Shown: positions 1-9,924, counted from the stretch's first letter. The stretch is DNA of 64,000 nucleotides from Candidatus Dormiibacterota bacterium (GCA_963701235.1 OY969577.1:1573363-1637362); one strand, 5' to 3'. The notes: generated by a model from the letters alone, not told the origin. Numbers and translations: made by a program.

Positions 1-6
1 TCGCTT

Positions 7-330
7 GTGGGCGGCTTGCTGATCATCGGAACTCTGCTGGCGGCCAACTGGTTGGTGGGTCAGGGGCGACTCCGCAACCCACTGATCCGTCAATTCCTCC
101 AGCCACCCCCAACGGTTCTCGCGTCGGACGGGCACTGGAGGCCGGGCGCCCTCCGCCGTCAGGGGCTCGACCAAGAGGACGCCGCGGCGGCTCTTCGTGA
201 ACATGGTGTTGACAAGGTCCAGGAGACGACGTTGGTGGAGCTGGAGCCAGACGGCTCCATCAGTGTGGTGGCCAAGGATGGGGTGGCTGCACGACCTCGC
301 CGTCGAACCCGGCTTGTAAAGCGGCCTTGA
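7..330 (+). CDS. hypothetical protein, C-terminal part of a gene that begins upstream of the window
   Basis: ORF runs off the left edge of the window. The hydrophobic N-terminal stretch (LLIIGTLLAANWLV) suggests a membrane protein. No confident family assignment. Confidence 0.3.
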   Translation: MGGLLIIGTLLAANWLVGQGRLRNPLIRQFLQPPPTVLASDGHWRPGALRRQGLDQEDAAAALREHGVDKVQETTLVELEPDGSISVVAKDGVAARPRRRTRLVKRP

Positions 331-446
331 GGTCATTCAGCTCTCGGACGCTGCCGGCCGTGTTTCACCTCCGACTGCCTGGTGGCGGAAGAAGAGCTGG
401 GGCGACGTCGTACCCAAAGCGCCGGGCTAGACTCTGAGGCTGGCCA

Positions 447-980
447 ATGTCCAACGAGAAGAGCCACGCCGACCGAGCGGCGCGCTGGAATGCCATCGTC
501 GGGTCCGCGCTGCTCTTCCCCCTCGGTCCGGGCATTGGGGCCGTGCTGTTTCCATGGGTGATCACGGGCTGGCATGAGGGCGCGCCGTACCCGGTGGCGC
601 TGCGGGCGGTCGGCCTGATCCTGATCGCAGCTGGCGGCTTGGTTCTGGTCGTGGCGTGGGCGCGATTCGCCACCGAGGGCGTGGGCATACCCCTGCCAGT
701 TGAGCCGACTTCGCAACGGCTCACCGTCGGCGGACCCTATCGATATGTGCGCAACCCCCTCTACCTGGCTTGGGTCGCGGTCATAGTGGGCCAGGCATTG
801 GTACTCGGCAGGCCGGTACTACTTGTCTATGCGGCAGGAGTCGCCGCGGCCACGGTTGCGTTCGTCCACTGGGTCGAGGAACCGACTCTTGCTAAGCGTT
901 TTGGCGCCGAGTACGAGGCTTACCGTAGGCGGGTGCCCGGCTGGTCACCGCGCTCGCCACGCCGAACCTCCGTCCGCTGA
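447..980 (+). CDS. isoprenylcysteine carboxyl methyltransferase (ICMT) / phospholipid methyltransferase family membrane protein
   Basis: Several TM helices, and the RNPLY plus EEP-L-x-x-FG-x-x-Y motifs characteristic of ICMT/PEMT-family methyltransferases. Confidence 0.6.
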   Translation: MSNEKSHADRAARWNAIVGSALLFPLGPGIGAVLFPWVITGWHEGAPYPVALRAVGLILIAAGGLVLVVAWARFATEGVGIPLPVEPTSQRLTVGGPYRYVRNPLYLAWVAVIVGQALVLGRPVLLVYAAGVAAATVAFVHWVEEPTLAKRFGAEYEAYRRRVPGWSPRSPRRTSVR

Positions 981-1137
981 ACTGGCGCGGCTCAGCCCTA
1001 CTGGCTAGCGGCTCGGTCAAAGATTCGCTTGCCACACCCACTAGTGAGCAGAGGCCTTGGCCCCAGGTCCACCAGATCTCCCATCGTGGGCTCCTCCATT
1101 TGAAGTTGGCAGGCAATGGTCGACCACCCGCCGCCAC

Positions 1138-1722
1138 TCAATCGGGCCGCGGCGTCCATGGCTCTACCCACGGAGTCGCTGGCCAACCCTCGGCGGCTGC
1201 CAGGAGCGGGATCGCGGTGGCTCCGTCGATCGACTCGCGCACGATGTCGGCGTGGCCCACGTGGCGTGCCGTTTCCTCGATCAGGTGCAGCATTACCCAA
1301 CGCACCGACCAGGCCTCCACGTCCGCTGGAAACCAAGGCGCATCGCGCGGCACCGGCACCGGTTCACCGAGGTCGGTGACGGCGTAGATGACTTCGGCGG
1401 TACGCCGACCGACCGCCGCGTAGGCGTCGAGTAACTGCGTAAGCGTTTCGTCCGAACTCAAGCGGAAGTTGTCCGTGTACTCGCTTTCCTGGTCCCCCTG
1501 TCTCTGCGCCTGCGCCGGTGCCACAAGGTCGATCCAGTAACGCTCAACCGCCGTCAGGTGCTTGATCAAGCCGCCGAGCGTGAGCGTGCCTGCCGTGGCA
1601 GCGACACGCGCCTGGGACTCGCTGAGGCCATGAGCTTGAACGCTGAGTAGGTGGCGCTGCTGGTCGAGGAACGCCAGTAGCCCGTCGCGCTCATCGGATA
1701 CGGGACGAACGGTTCCAGGCAT
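1138..1722 (-). CDS. DinB/YfiT-like DUF664 family protein (mini-circle / mycothiol-dependent isomerase N-terminal-like)
   Basis: About 190 aa with the pattern LxxLxxxxWIDLV ... HLIEETARHxGHADIxRE, typical of DinB_2/DUF664 four-helix-bundle proteins. Confidence 0.5.
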   Translation of the reverse strand: MPGTVRPVSDERDGLLAFLDQQRHLLSVQAHGLSESQARVAATAGTLTLGGLIKHLTAVERYWIDLVAPAQAQRQGDQESEYTDNFRLSSDETLTQLLDAYAAVGRRTAEVIYAVTDLGEPVPVPRDAPWFPADVEAWSVRWVMLHLIEETARHVGHADIVRESIDGATAIPLLAAAEGWPATPWVEPWTPRPD

Positions 1723-1824
1723 CTCGGATCCTCCTGAGGCTCAATGGCTCGGCGACACTCAGGGTGGATCCTGGCACACTAAACCGGTCACCCTCTGGCC
1801 ACTTTTACGGCTATCCTCTGAGCC

Positions 1825-2808
1825 GTGCGTGCTGACCGACTCGTGGCAACCCTGCTGGTCCTGCAGGCTCGCGGCAGGATCACCGCGGCCGAGCTCGCCG
1901 CGGAGCTGGAGGTCTCGGAACGAACGGCGCGCCGCGACCTCGAAGCCTTGTCGATGGCGGGGATTCCGGTCTATGCCCAGCAAGGACGGGGCGGTGGCTG
2001 GTCGCTCCTTGGCGGCGCGCGAACTGACCTCACCGGGCTTACCGCCGCCGAGGCACGGGCGCTCTTTCTCGTGGCCGGTCCGGCTGTCACCCTGACCCCG
2101 GAGCTGGGTGCCGCGCTGCGCAAGCTCGTTCGTGCGCTGCCTGAGCCCTTCCGACCCGCGGCCGAACTGGCCGGACGGGCGGTTCTTCACGACTCCGCCG
2201 ATTGGGATCGGCCCTCGACCCGCGTCCCACCGCCGGCCCACCTCACACCCCTGCAGAACGCCGTTATCGACGGTGTCCAGGTGCGTCTGCGGTACGCGGG
2301 ACGTGACAGCGCGGCAACCGAGCGCATGGTGCATCCTCTCGGCTTGGTCGCGAAAGGACCGACCTGGTACCTGGTCGCCAACACCGACGCTGGACTGCGC
2401 ACCTTTCTCCTGAGCCGCATCCAATCACTTGAAGTCACGACTCAGCCGGCACAGCGACCAACAGGATTCGATCTCGACGCGGCTTGGCGCTCCACCATGG
2501 CGACCCTGGACGAGCGACGTTTACCGTTCTCTGCAACTGTGCTTGCCGACGCAGACTTTGTGCCGGTGTTGCGCTACGTTCTCGGCACACGCGCTTCCCT
2601 CCAGCTGGGTGGTCTCCTCAGGGTCCGTGGTCCCAGCATTGAAATCCTCGCGGCACAACTCGCTGGGTTTGCCGAGCACATCGAGGTCCTAAAGCCAGAG
2701 GAGGTGCGGACGCAACTTGCTCGACTCGGGGTGGCACTCACTCGTAGCTACGGACGCAAGCAAATGCGGGCAAAGCTACCTTCGGGCTCATTCGCGTCCC
2801 CACTCTGA
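1825..2808 (+). CDS. WYL-domain transcriptional regulator (N-terminal HTH plus WYL ligand-sensing domain)
   Basis: N-terminal HTH (ITAAELAAELEVSERTARRDLEAL), a central WYL-like segment (RYAGRDSAATERMVHPLGLVAKGPTWYLVA), and a C-terminal WCTD-like region. Confidence 0.65.
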   Translation: MRADRLVATLLVLQARGRITAAELAAELEVSERTARRDLEALSMAGIPVYAQQGRGGGWSLLGGARTDLTGLTAAEARALFLVAGPAVTLTPELGAALRKLVRALPEPFRPAAELAGRAVLHDSADWDRPSTRVPPPAHLTPLQNAVIDGVQVRLRYAGRDSAATERMVHPLGLVAKGPTWYLVANTDAGLRTFLLSRIQSLEVTTQPAQRPTGFDLDAAWRSTMATLDERRLPFSATVLADADFVPVLRYVLGTRASLQLGGLLRVRGPSIEILAAQLAGFAEHIEVLKPEEVRTQLARLGVALTRSYGRKQMRAKLPSGSFASPL

Positions 2809-3131
2809 GCTTGGGACCGGCCGCTTGTGCCACCAGCCCGAATCCACGCCTCCGTCCGGGGAATTAGGGGGAGCTGTGGCCTCCCGCCGTCGTGGCGGCT
2901 AGCCTGGTGGACCAGTTGCCACGTTGAGTAGGGGCAGGAACTGTACTAATGGGCGGCGAGGATCGTTAGTCTGGCACCGTCGCCGTTGTCCTGAGGAAGG
3001 CTGTTGGCGATCTGTGGGTCTTGCCTGCTGATGGATTGAATCAGGGGTTGCGTTGCGCCCGACGTTCCCACGGCCACCAAACTCGAACGGGACGAGCCAA
3101 GGGTGTCGGAAGAAGTTAGTTGGAGGTGAAT

Positions 3132-3953
3132 ATGGCTGAGGCAAAATTTCTGACCGGCAAAGTGATGATCGTAACCGGGGGTGCTGGGGGCATTGGAGGA
3201 GCCACTGCCCACGCGGCGAGCACCGCGGGCGCAGCCGTGGTGGTGGCTGATGTTGCCGACTCGGGCCAGGGGACCGTTGCCGGTATTAGGGAGGCCGGTG
3301 GACAGGCAGAGTTTGTGGCGTGTGACGTGTCCGAACCCGAGCAGGTGAGCGAACTCATCCGGCGGACGGTGGATAGCTTCGGACGAATTGACATATTGGT
3401 CAACAATGCCGGGATTGGCGGCGGTGGGTTGCGTGTCCACGAATTGGATGTCGAGTCTTGGGATCGCACCGTTGCCGTCAACCTGCGGGGACCGTTTCTG
3501 TGCTCTAAGTTCGCCATCCCTCACCTGCTTGCAGCCGGCCGGGGCGCGATAGTGAACGTATCCTCCGCCTATGGGCTTATCGGGGCACCTCTGTCAGCAG
3601 CCTATTGCGCCTCCAAGGGCGGGGTAATTAGCCTCACCCGCCAACTTGCCGCTGACTATGGGAGCGATGGACTCCGAGCGATCGCTATTTGCCCAGGGTA
3701 CGTAGACAACGATATGGGCGGCCACCGGGCTAGGCTCGCTCCGGCCGAGGCAGCGGCTGCGCTCGCGCGTCGAGAGGCAGCTGCCGCTCACCAGCCACTA
3801 GGTCGGCAGGCGCAGCCAGAGGAGATAGCTGATGTCATCGTTTTTGTGGCCTCAGACGCCTGTTCCTACATGACGGGCGCGGTTCTATCCGTCGATGGTG
3901 GAGCCACCGCGACCGGTTATTTCTCGCGTTGGGACTCCTCCGTTGGACAGTGA
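3132..3953 (+). CDS. SDR-family short-chain dehydrogenase/reductase
   Basis: Rossmann TGGAGGIG motif, NNAG motif, and catalytic S...YxxxK (YCASK). The track ORF starts at 3120; the ATG at 3132 (MAEAKF) is the likelier start. Confidence 0.75.
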   Translation: MAEAKFLTGKVMIVTGGAGGIGGATAHAASTAGAAVVVADVADSGQGTVAGIREAGGQAEFVACDVSEPEQVSELIRRTVDSFGRIDILVNNAGIGGGGLRVHELDVESWDRTVAVNLRGPFLCSKFAIPHLLAAGRGAIVNVSSAYGLIGAPLSAAYCASKGGVISLTRQLAADYGSDGLRAIAICPGYVDNDMGGHRARLAPAEAAAALARREAAAAHQPLGRQAQPEEIADVIVFVASDACSYMTGAVLSVDGGATATGYFSRWDSSVGQ

Positions 3954-4007
3954 ATGTGGGTCCCTGTCCTTTGCCGCTAAAGATGGTCAACCGTGGCCGT
4001 TAGAGAT

Positions 4008-4142
4008 CCAGGCGCCTTGAGCCAAGGTCAGATCTCGATGACCATCCATACCTACAGCCACGTAATCCCCGAGCCAATTGGCGCCGCGGCTCAGGCGGTC
4101 GACTCAGCCTTGGCCTGCGACAGGCCGCGGACGAATTGGTAG
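4008..4142 (+). pseudogene. 3' remnant of a tyrosine recombinase (integrase) gene, about the last 40 codons
   Basis: Translates to LSQGQISMTIHTYSHVIPEPIGAAAQAVDSALA*. This is closely similar, at both amino-acid and nucleotide level, to the C-terminus of the integrase at 9092-9705 (LGHSQISMTLNTYSHVIPELMGGAAKAIDSAFARG*). No upstream catalytic domain is present. Confidence 0.5.
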
Positions 4143-4368
4143 TTGAGGTAGACAACGCCAGCGTCGGTGGCCCGGAAGGTGGCGCGAGCCGGCCACGTCG
4201 GCGCGGATTGCGGTGCTGAAGGACCCCGGGCCAATCGGGTAGGCGGGCAGCCCGTTAGGCGCTACGGAAGGCTGAAAAGAGGGCTGGCGGCATTTGAGGA
4301 TGCCCGGCCCAGTGACCGCCGAAGGGGGGGTCCCACAGGGGGGTCGCCATCAGAAGCGTGACCTGGCG

Positions 4369-5187
4369 CTAGACAGTCCCCGCCAGAACTGCCAGCAGTC
4401 GTATCACCTCATAGGCCGAACGGAAGTCCTCGGCACTATAGGCCACGGTTGTGCCGTCCAGTCGCCTCACGCCAGGGATGAGCAGGCCGGGCTCGGCCAT
4501 AGCTTCGCGATGGAACGCGACCTCCAGTTCCACCGCGCCCTCGAACCTCAGGCTGCGTATCTGATCGCGCTGCTCGAGTGCCTTGGGAACGGCCTCCTCG
4601 ATTAGCCGGCAGGCCTCCTCGGGGTGAAGGGACTCGGCGGCGCGAGCGCCCAGTGCCACCTTCACGGTGACCGTGGTGACCCCGTCTATCACCTCCTTCG
4701 CCTCCTTCGACACCTTATCGTCGCCCGCCACCAGCACCACCGGTATTCCTAGGTGACCAGCCAGGGCAGCGTTGAGCCCAATCTCTCCGAGGGACTTGCC
4801 CTCGCAGCGGACGTCCGCTATGGCGACTCCGGAGATGGTGTGGGAGAGCACCGACGTCTCCGTCCCGACCTTGCCGTGATAGCCGATGAAAATCGCCGCC
4901 GAGCTGCCTTCGAGGCCTGTCACCATTCCCAGCGGCCGGGGCGCGCCCCTGACCAGCTTGGCTCTCCGGTCCAGTTCCTCGGGGATGAGATTGGTGAGAT
5001 GAGCGTGCGAGTCCGCCACCACCACGTCGGCCTCGGGTTGGTGGGCGAGCACTCCACGTACCGCCGCATTGGCCTCATTAGTCATGAGGTGGCGGCCGCG
5101 TTGGTAGTCGGGGGTGCCGGGGGAAACGTCGTCCGGAACCGCCACTCCGGCGATCCCTTCCATGTCCACCGAGATCAAGACCCGCAA
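4369..5187 (-). CDS. M55-family D-aminopeptidase (DppA-like metallopeptidase)
   Basis: MRVLISVDMEGIAGV... start and overall similarity to peptidase M55 / DppA D-aminopeptidases, about 272 aa. Confidence 0.65.
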   Translation of the reverse strand: MRVLISVDMEGIAGVAVPDDVSPGTPDYQRGRHLMTNEANAAVRGVLAHQPEADVVVADSHAHLTNLIPEELDRRAKLVRGAPRPLGMVTGLEGSSAAIFIGYHGKVGTETSVLSHTISGVAIADVRCEGKSLGEIGLNAALAGHLGIPVVLVAGDDKVSKEAKEVIDGVTTVTVKVALGARAAESLHPEEACRLIEEAVPKALEQRDQIRSLRFEGAVELEVAFHREAMAEPGLLIPGVRRLDGTTVAYSAEDFRSAYEVIRLLAVLAGTV

Positions 5188-5461
5188 GGCTTCCCTCCTG
5201 CGCTTGAGTTACCGTCACTTCGAGGATAAGAGAGACGAACTGGGCGCGGCTCAGAGGTCCGATGCCCTTCGGCTTATCCCCTCGCAGGCGCGGCAAAGCA
5301 TCCGAGGGTGACCTCTTGGGCTCAATCCCGATCCGTCCTTGATGCTGAGGCTGGTCGGCGTGACGGACTTTCTGAGCCTCCGAGCAGTTGGGCAGTCGCG
5401 CCTCGCGTGGGCCGGAAGGTCCCAAAGCCCAATCGGGAAGTAGACGGGTTCAGCGGTCGTT

Positions 5462-5839
5462 CTAGCCAGCGCCGGTCGTTTCGTACTCCTCGACCCGTGC
5501 CTGCATCAACGCCGCCAGGAGTTCGGTCGGCAGCTCGCGGTCGTAGGGCAACTTGATGAAGCCCTCACCGGCCTCATAACCGGCGGCCTCAACCTCGGTC
5601 TTCTGGGTCGCGAAGAACGGCGGAGAGAACCGCAGCGAGCAGTGGTTCTTGAAGTTCTGAAGCACCCACAGGTTCGTGTTCTCGCCGCGGACGTACATCG
5701 GCAGGTTCCACTTCAGTTCCTCCCGCGCCTTCGGGTCAGCATGGAGGCTCAGCTCTCTGAGCGCCTCGAGGTGCGGCCTCTGGACGTCGCTCAGTTGCGC
5801 GAAGAAGTCATCGACGCTCGTCCGCTTTGGCATCGGCAT
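5462..5839 (-). CDS. DUF1801 (YdhG-like) domain protein
   Basis: 125 aa with the characteristic DUF1801 N-terminal pattern (VDDFFAQLSDVQRPHLEALRE...KWNLPMY). A paralog lies at 23682-24056. Confidence 0.5.
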   Translation of the reverse strand: MPMPKRTSVDDFFAQLSDVQRPHLEALRELSLHADPKAREELKWNLPMYVRGENTNLWVLQNFKNHCSLRFSPPFFATQKTEVEAAGYEAGEGFIKLPYDRELPTELLAALMQARVEEYETTGAG

Positions 5840-5992
5840 GGCGTTTAGCGTAGTCCTGGTAGCAGCGACCCTGAAAACAGCCCCAAGGATGCGCCGAGGG
5901 CTGTGGTAACAATCCCCGCGCTCCCTACGTGGCCCTTCCTTGAGTGGCGGGGCAAGGAAAGGGCCGCGACATTAGTGGGCCTGAGATCAGTT

Positions 5993-6060
5993 GAGCCCAG
6001 GGCAAGGATTGAACCCGCGACCTCTGCCTTACCAAGAATCTGAATGTATGCGCTGTGCTA
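5993..6060 (-). other. tRNA-like fragment (degenerate partial tRNA-Gln-like sequence, possible old attachment-site remnant)
   Basis: Minus-strand sequence contains a T-arm (GCGGG-TTCAATC-CTTGC) and a GGTAAGGCAG D-loop-like segment. It resembles tRNA-Gln at 9779-9850 with the anticodon arm deleted, and cannot be folded into a complete cloverleaf. Confidence 0.3.
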
Positions 6061-6282
6061 CTGACTTCCGGGGTAGGTCAAAAATCCGTCCACTTTTGTG
6101 GTCTTGAACCGCCCTCGGCCGCTCCTCCACCTCGCCTCGGTGTAGGCGTCCAGGTCAGTCCACGCACCTCTGACTGAGCGCCAACCAGACGCTGAGCAGA
6201 CGCGGCCTCCCAAGGTCATCCTTGGCGCACCTCCGCCATCCAGTAGTATAATGTGCTAGGTAACTAAATAAATGGAGCTAGA

Positions 6283-6675
6283 ATGATCGAGTTTCACCTG
6301 GACATCCGCTCGGGGGTCTCTCCGTATCTGCAGATCGTCCATCAAGTGCGACAAGCCCTCCGACTGGGTCTCCTACGCGAAGGAGACCAGCTCCCCACGG
6401 TCAAAGAAGTGGTAGCGCGGCTGGCGATCAATCCCAACACCGTCCTCAAGGCATATCGGGAGCTCGAACACGAGGCGTTGGTGGGAGCCCGCCCGGGAAT
6501 CGGTACGTTCGTGATCAAGACCTTGAGCGATGCCCCTCTGGCGGAGCTTGGTCCCCTGCGCCATGACCTCCAGCGCTGGCTTGCCAAAGCGCGCCTGGCA
6601 GGGCTCGACGAGGAGAGCATCGAAGCTCTGTTCCTCGACACCTTTCGTTCCTCCACCCAGGAAGGGGTAGCGTGA
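6283..6675 (+). CDS. GntR-family transcriptional regulator (short, HTH plus small effector region)
   Basis: Winged HTH of GntR type (LPTVKEVVARLAINPNTVLKAYRELE). Overlaps the downstream ABC ATPase gene by 4 nt (operon). AT-rich promoter region at 6220-6282. Confidence 0.7.
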   Translation: MIEFHLDIRSGVSPYLQIVHQVRQALRLGLLREGDQLPTVKEVVARLAINPNTVLKAYRELEHEALVGARPGIGTFVIKTLSDAPLAELGPLRHDLQRWLAKARLAGLDEESIEALFLDTFRSSTQEGVA

Positions 6676-7568
6676 CCGCAGCAGTAGAGACCAGAGGATT
6701 GGGGAAGCGCTACCGGAGCCGATGGGCGCTGTCCGACTGCACTCTCTCAATTCCGACCGGGCGAGTCGTCGGGCTGGTCGGACCAAACGGTGCCGGGAAG
6801 ACGACCCTGCTCTCTTTGGCTGTCGGCCTGCTGTCCCCGACTTCGGGCTCGATCACTGTCCTCGGCGCTGAACCTGCTGCCACTGGCCGGCAGATGGGCC
6901 GGATCGGTTTCGTCGCCCAGGAGACGTCCCTCTATTCAAGCTTGACGGTTGCCGATCATCTCCAGCTTGGGGCGCACCTGAACCCAGGCTGGGACAACGA
7001 CCTCGCGCACAGACGGCTAGAACTGGTCGACCTCGACCTCGACCAGCTGGCTGGCTCACTCTCAGGGGGTCAGAAGGCTCAGGTGGCCCTCACTCTGGCC
7101 ATCGCCAAGCGACCCGAGCTCTTGATCCTCGATGAGCCTGTGGCGAGCTTGGATCCCCTCGCTCGGCGCGAATTTCTCCAAGTTCTCATGGAAACTGTCG
7201 CCGACGGCGACGTCAGCGTGGTGCTCTCCTCCCACAACGTCGCCGACCTCGAACGCATCTGCGATTACTTGGTGGTGCTGGTCTCCTCACGCGTGCAAGT
7301 AGATGGGGAGATCGAGAAGTTGCTGGCATCGCACCACCGCTTGATCGGACCCCGCCGCGCCCTCGCCACCCTGCCGAAGAATCAACAAGTCATCGAATCT
7401 AGTCACACCGACCGCCAGACCACTCTGCTGGTGCGCACTGAGGTGCCGATCCTCGACCCGAGGTGGACCGTCGAACCGGTCGGTCTGGAAGACCTGGTGC
7501 TGGCGTACATGCGACAAGCACGCGCCGTTCGGATGGCCGTCTTGGGGATCCAGCCATGTTGTGGCTGA
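6672..7568 (+). CDS. ABC transporter ATP-binding protein
   Basis: Walker A (GPNGAGKTT), ABC signature (LSGGQK), Walker B (ILDEP), and H-loop. Confidence 0.85.
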   Translation: MTAAVETRGLGKRYRSRWALSDCTLSIPTGRVVGLVGPNGAGKTTLLSLAVGLLSPTSGSITVLGAEPAATGRQMGRIGFVAQETSLYSSLTVADHLQLGAHLNPGWDNDLAHRRLELVDLDLDQLAGSLSGGQKAQVALTLAIAKRPELLILDEPVASLDPLARREFLQVLMETVADGDVSVVLSSHNVADLERICDYLVVLVSSRVQVDGEIEKLLASHHRLIGPRRALATLPKNQQVIESSHTDRQTTLLVRTEVPILDPRWTVEPVGLEDLVLAYMRQARAVRMAVLGIQPCCG

Positions 7569-8599
7569 CCTGGCGCCAGTACCGTACCCAGATCCTGGTG
7601 GCAGTGGGTGCTCTGGCAGCACTGGCAATCATCTTGGTACTGAGTGGTCCCAGTCTCGCTCACCTTTACAGCACCTCGGTCGCCACTTGCAAGGCGCATA
7701 ACGACTGTGCTAGCGCAAAAGCTGCCTTTCTCCAGCACGACTCCACCCTGAGAACCACGCTCGGCGTTGTCCTTCTGGTGGTCCCCGGAATCGTCGGAGT
7801 CTTCTGGGGGGCACCTCTGATCGCCCGTGAGCTGGAGACCGGTACCTACCGACTGGCTTGGACCCAGAGTGTCACTCGCACCCGGTGGTTGGTCGTTAAA
7901 GTCGGCCTCGTCGGCCTGGCCGGCATCTCCGTCGCTGGCCTCCTCAGTCTGATGGTGACCTGGTGGTCCGCACCTTTCGACCGGGTCACCATGAACCCCT
8001 TCGCGTCGTTTGACGAACGCGACATCGTCCCTGTTGCCTACGCCGTGTTCGCCTTCGCTCTCGGGGTCACCATCGGGATCCTCACCCGGCGCATCCTGCC
8101 GGCCATGGCTACCACGGCGGTCGCCTTCGTCGCCATCCGGTTGGTTGTGTTCTTTTTGGTGCGACCGAATCTCAACGCGCCGCTCCATCTCACCGTGCCC
8201 GACATCATCGGAGCCAGCCCGGCGACACCAAATCCCCGTGACTGGATCACCTCGACTCAGACCATCAACGCCGCCGGGCGAGTGATCGGGGAAAACGGAT
8301 ATGTCGGCAGCGGGCTTCGCATTGCCTTCGGAAAAACCCACGGAGTCACCATCAGCGGCGTAGGGTCATGCCCAAACATCACGATCCCACCGTTGCCCGG
8401 TCACTTGCAAGGCCCTGGTCCTGCGGGACCCCTCCTGGCGCAGAGATGCCTAGACCACCTTGGGGTACGTGATTTACTCACGTACCAACCGGCTGGGCGC
8501 TTTTGGACGTTCCAGTCGTATGAGCTGGCGATCTTTGTCGTCTTCGCCTTGCTCTTAGTGGGGATCTGCTTCTGGTGGGTTCGCCGTCGGGTAGCCTGA
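7556..8599 (+). CDS. ABC-2 family transporter permease
   Basis: ATG at 7556 (MLWLTWRQYR) overlaps the stop of the upstream ATPase. Six predicted TM segments. The track start (7463, GTG) is probably too far upstream. Confidence 0.6.
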   Translation: MLWLTWRQYRTQILVAVGALAALAIILVLSGPSLAHLYSTSVATCKAHNDCASAKAAFLQHDSTLRTTLGVVLLVVPGIVGVFWGAPLIARELETGTYRLAWTQSVTRTRWLVVKVGLVGLAGISVAGLLSLMVTWWSAPFDRVTMNPFASFDERDIVPVAYAVFAFALGVTIGILTRRILPAMATTAVAFVAIRLVVFFLVRPNLNAPLHLTVPDIIGASPATPNPRDWITSTQTINAAGRVIGENGYVGSGLRIAFGKTHGVTISGVGSCPNITIPPLPGHLQGPGPAGPLLAQRCLDHLGVRDLLTYQPAGRFWTFQSYELAIFVVFALLLVGICFWWVRRRVA

Positions 8600-8797
8600 C
8601 TGCCGACTTGAGACGTTAGCGGTAGTCACACCGCGAGATCCAGGACGCGAACTGTCGACCAGACGTGAGGAGGAAGTCAGCAAGGCGGTACGGGTAGGGC
8701 TCGTGGTGGTCTTTGAGATAGGTGGAGCCAGGGCGGGCTCCGCCGACAGAGCCTGACAAGGTCGGATGCACTAACTGATTGGCGCTCGTCTGCCGGT

Positions 8798-9705
8798 TTG
8801 GAGCCACCACGAGCGGCGGCGGTGGCGGGACCGTGGAGGCATCGGGGAGCTGCACCGGGTGGGCGTGCCGGCGTCGGGACGAACTTGCCGGTGTCAGGTG
8901 GCGGGGTTGGTCTGCCATGTCAGCTGTTCGCCAGCGGCCTATCGCCTCGACGCGTTCAAAACATCCGGGCAGTTCTCAGGGTCGCCCTTGCCGGCGCGGT
9001 CGCCCGGCGCCAGTTGCCCCTCAACGTCGCGGAGGCCGGGATGGTCGCCACTCCAAGATCGAGCGCCACAAGGTTCGTCCCATGACCTCACCCGAGGCTC
9101 AGGGGATCCTCGACGCCTTCGAGAGTCACCGACTCGGGGGGTTGGTCACCGTCATCCTCGGCCTCGGTTTGCGGCTTGTCGAGGCGTTAGGACTCCAGTG
9201 GTCCGAGGTGAACTTCGAGCAGGACCAGGTGCGGGTCGTCGCGACCCTACAGCGATTCAAGGGTGAGGACGGGATCCGGCGCTGGGAACTGCGACCGCCC
9301 AAGTCCGAGGAGTCAAACCGGACTCTGCCCCTCCCCGCTTCCGTGGCCGCAGCCCTTCAGGGCGAGCGCTCCCGGCAACGGCTCGCCCAACTGGCAGCGG
9401 GGCCAGCCTGGCAAGAGACGGGCTTCGTCTTCACCAGCCGCACCGGGGAGCCTTGGTCAGAGAACGGCGCGCTACACGCCTTCCAGAACGCCCTCGCCGC
9501 GGCTGACCTTCCCCGGATGCGACTGCACGACCTCCGCCACGGGACAGCGACCCTGCTACTGGCTCCGGGAGTGCCGGCGCGGGTGGTCATGGAGATACTT
9601 GGCCACAGCCAGATCTCAATGACGCTCAACACCTACAGCCACGTCATCCCCGAGCTCATGGGTGGCGCAGCTAAGGCGATCGACTCAGCCTTCGCGCGCG
9701 GGTGA
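8798..9705 (+). pseudogene. tyrosine-type recombinase/integrase, frameshifted and N-terminally truncated
   Basis: Complete catalytic domain at 9092-9705, with R...HDLRH...Y in LRLVEALGLQWSEV ... MRLHDLRHGTATLL ... LNTYSHV. The core-binding-domain homology (VQNIRAVLRVALAGAVARRQLPLNVAEA) sits in a different frame (8798-9085), so the gene is frameshifted. It is immediately 5' of tRNA-Gln. Confidence 0.7.
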
Positions 9706-9778
9706 GTTCGAGGAAATGGGTGTCAATCCACTCCTGGGCCTGCCAGCCGAGGCACGCCATTTGAGATCAAAATAGGGG

Positions 9779-9850
9779 CTGGGGCGGAAGGATTCGAACC
9801 TTCGGATGGGGGATCCAAAGTCCCCTGCCTTACCACTTGGCGACGCCCCA
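9779..9850 (-). tRNA. tRNA-Gln (anticodon TTG)
   Basis: 72-nt cloverleaf with acceptor TGGGGCG/CGCCCCA, anticodon loop CTTTGGA, T-loop TTCGAAT, and discriminator G. CCA is not encoded. The 3' end faces the integrase pseudogene 74 nt away. Confidence 0.85.
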
Positions 9851-9924
9851 AGGCGCGATCAGATTAGCGGAGGCATGCACCTGCGTCGCACCGGCCACCT
9901 CGTGCTTGCGTGGTCTCCTCCGGG

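Noticed and set aside
1057-1434. Several 80-125 aa ORFs antisense to, or overlapping, the DUF664 gene (also 823-1137, 998-1336)
   Set aside because: Arg/Pro/Gly-rich low-complexity translations typical of out-of-frame high-GC DNA. No start/RBS context and no domain signal.
4290-4340. G-run / C-run segment (GGGGGGGTCCCACAGGGGGG) as a terminator for the M55 peptidase gene
   Set aside because: The two G-runs lie on the same strand and cannot pair, so this is not a hairpin. It is left unannotated.
5961-6085. Possible complete tRNA gene on the minus strand
   Set aside because: A T-arm and 3' acceptor-like sequence are present, but no complementary 5' acceptor strand or anticodon arm can be formed. 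It is treated as a degenerate tRNA-Gln-like fragment or att scar, not a functional tRNA.
7403-8341. 312-aa minus-strand ORF overlapping the ABC permease gene
   Set aside because: It lies entirely antisense to a well-supported permease ORF. The product is Gly/Asp/Arg-rich low complexity, characteristic of a spurious high-GC ORF.
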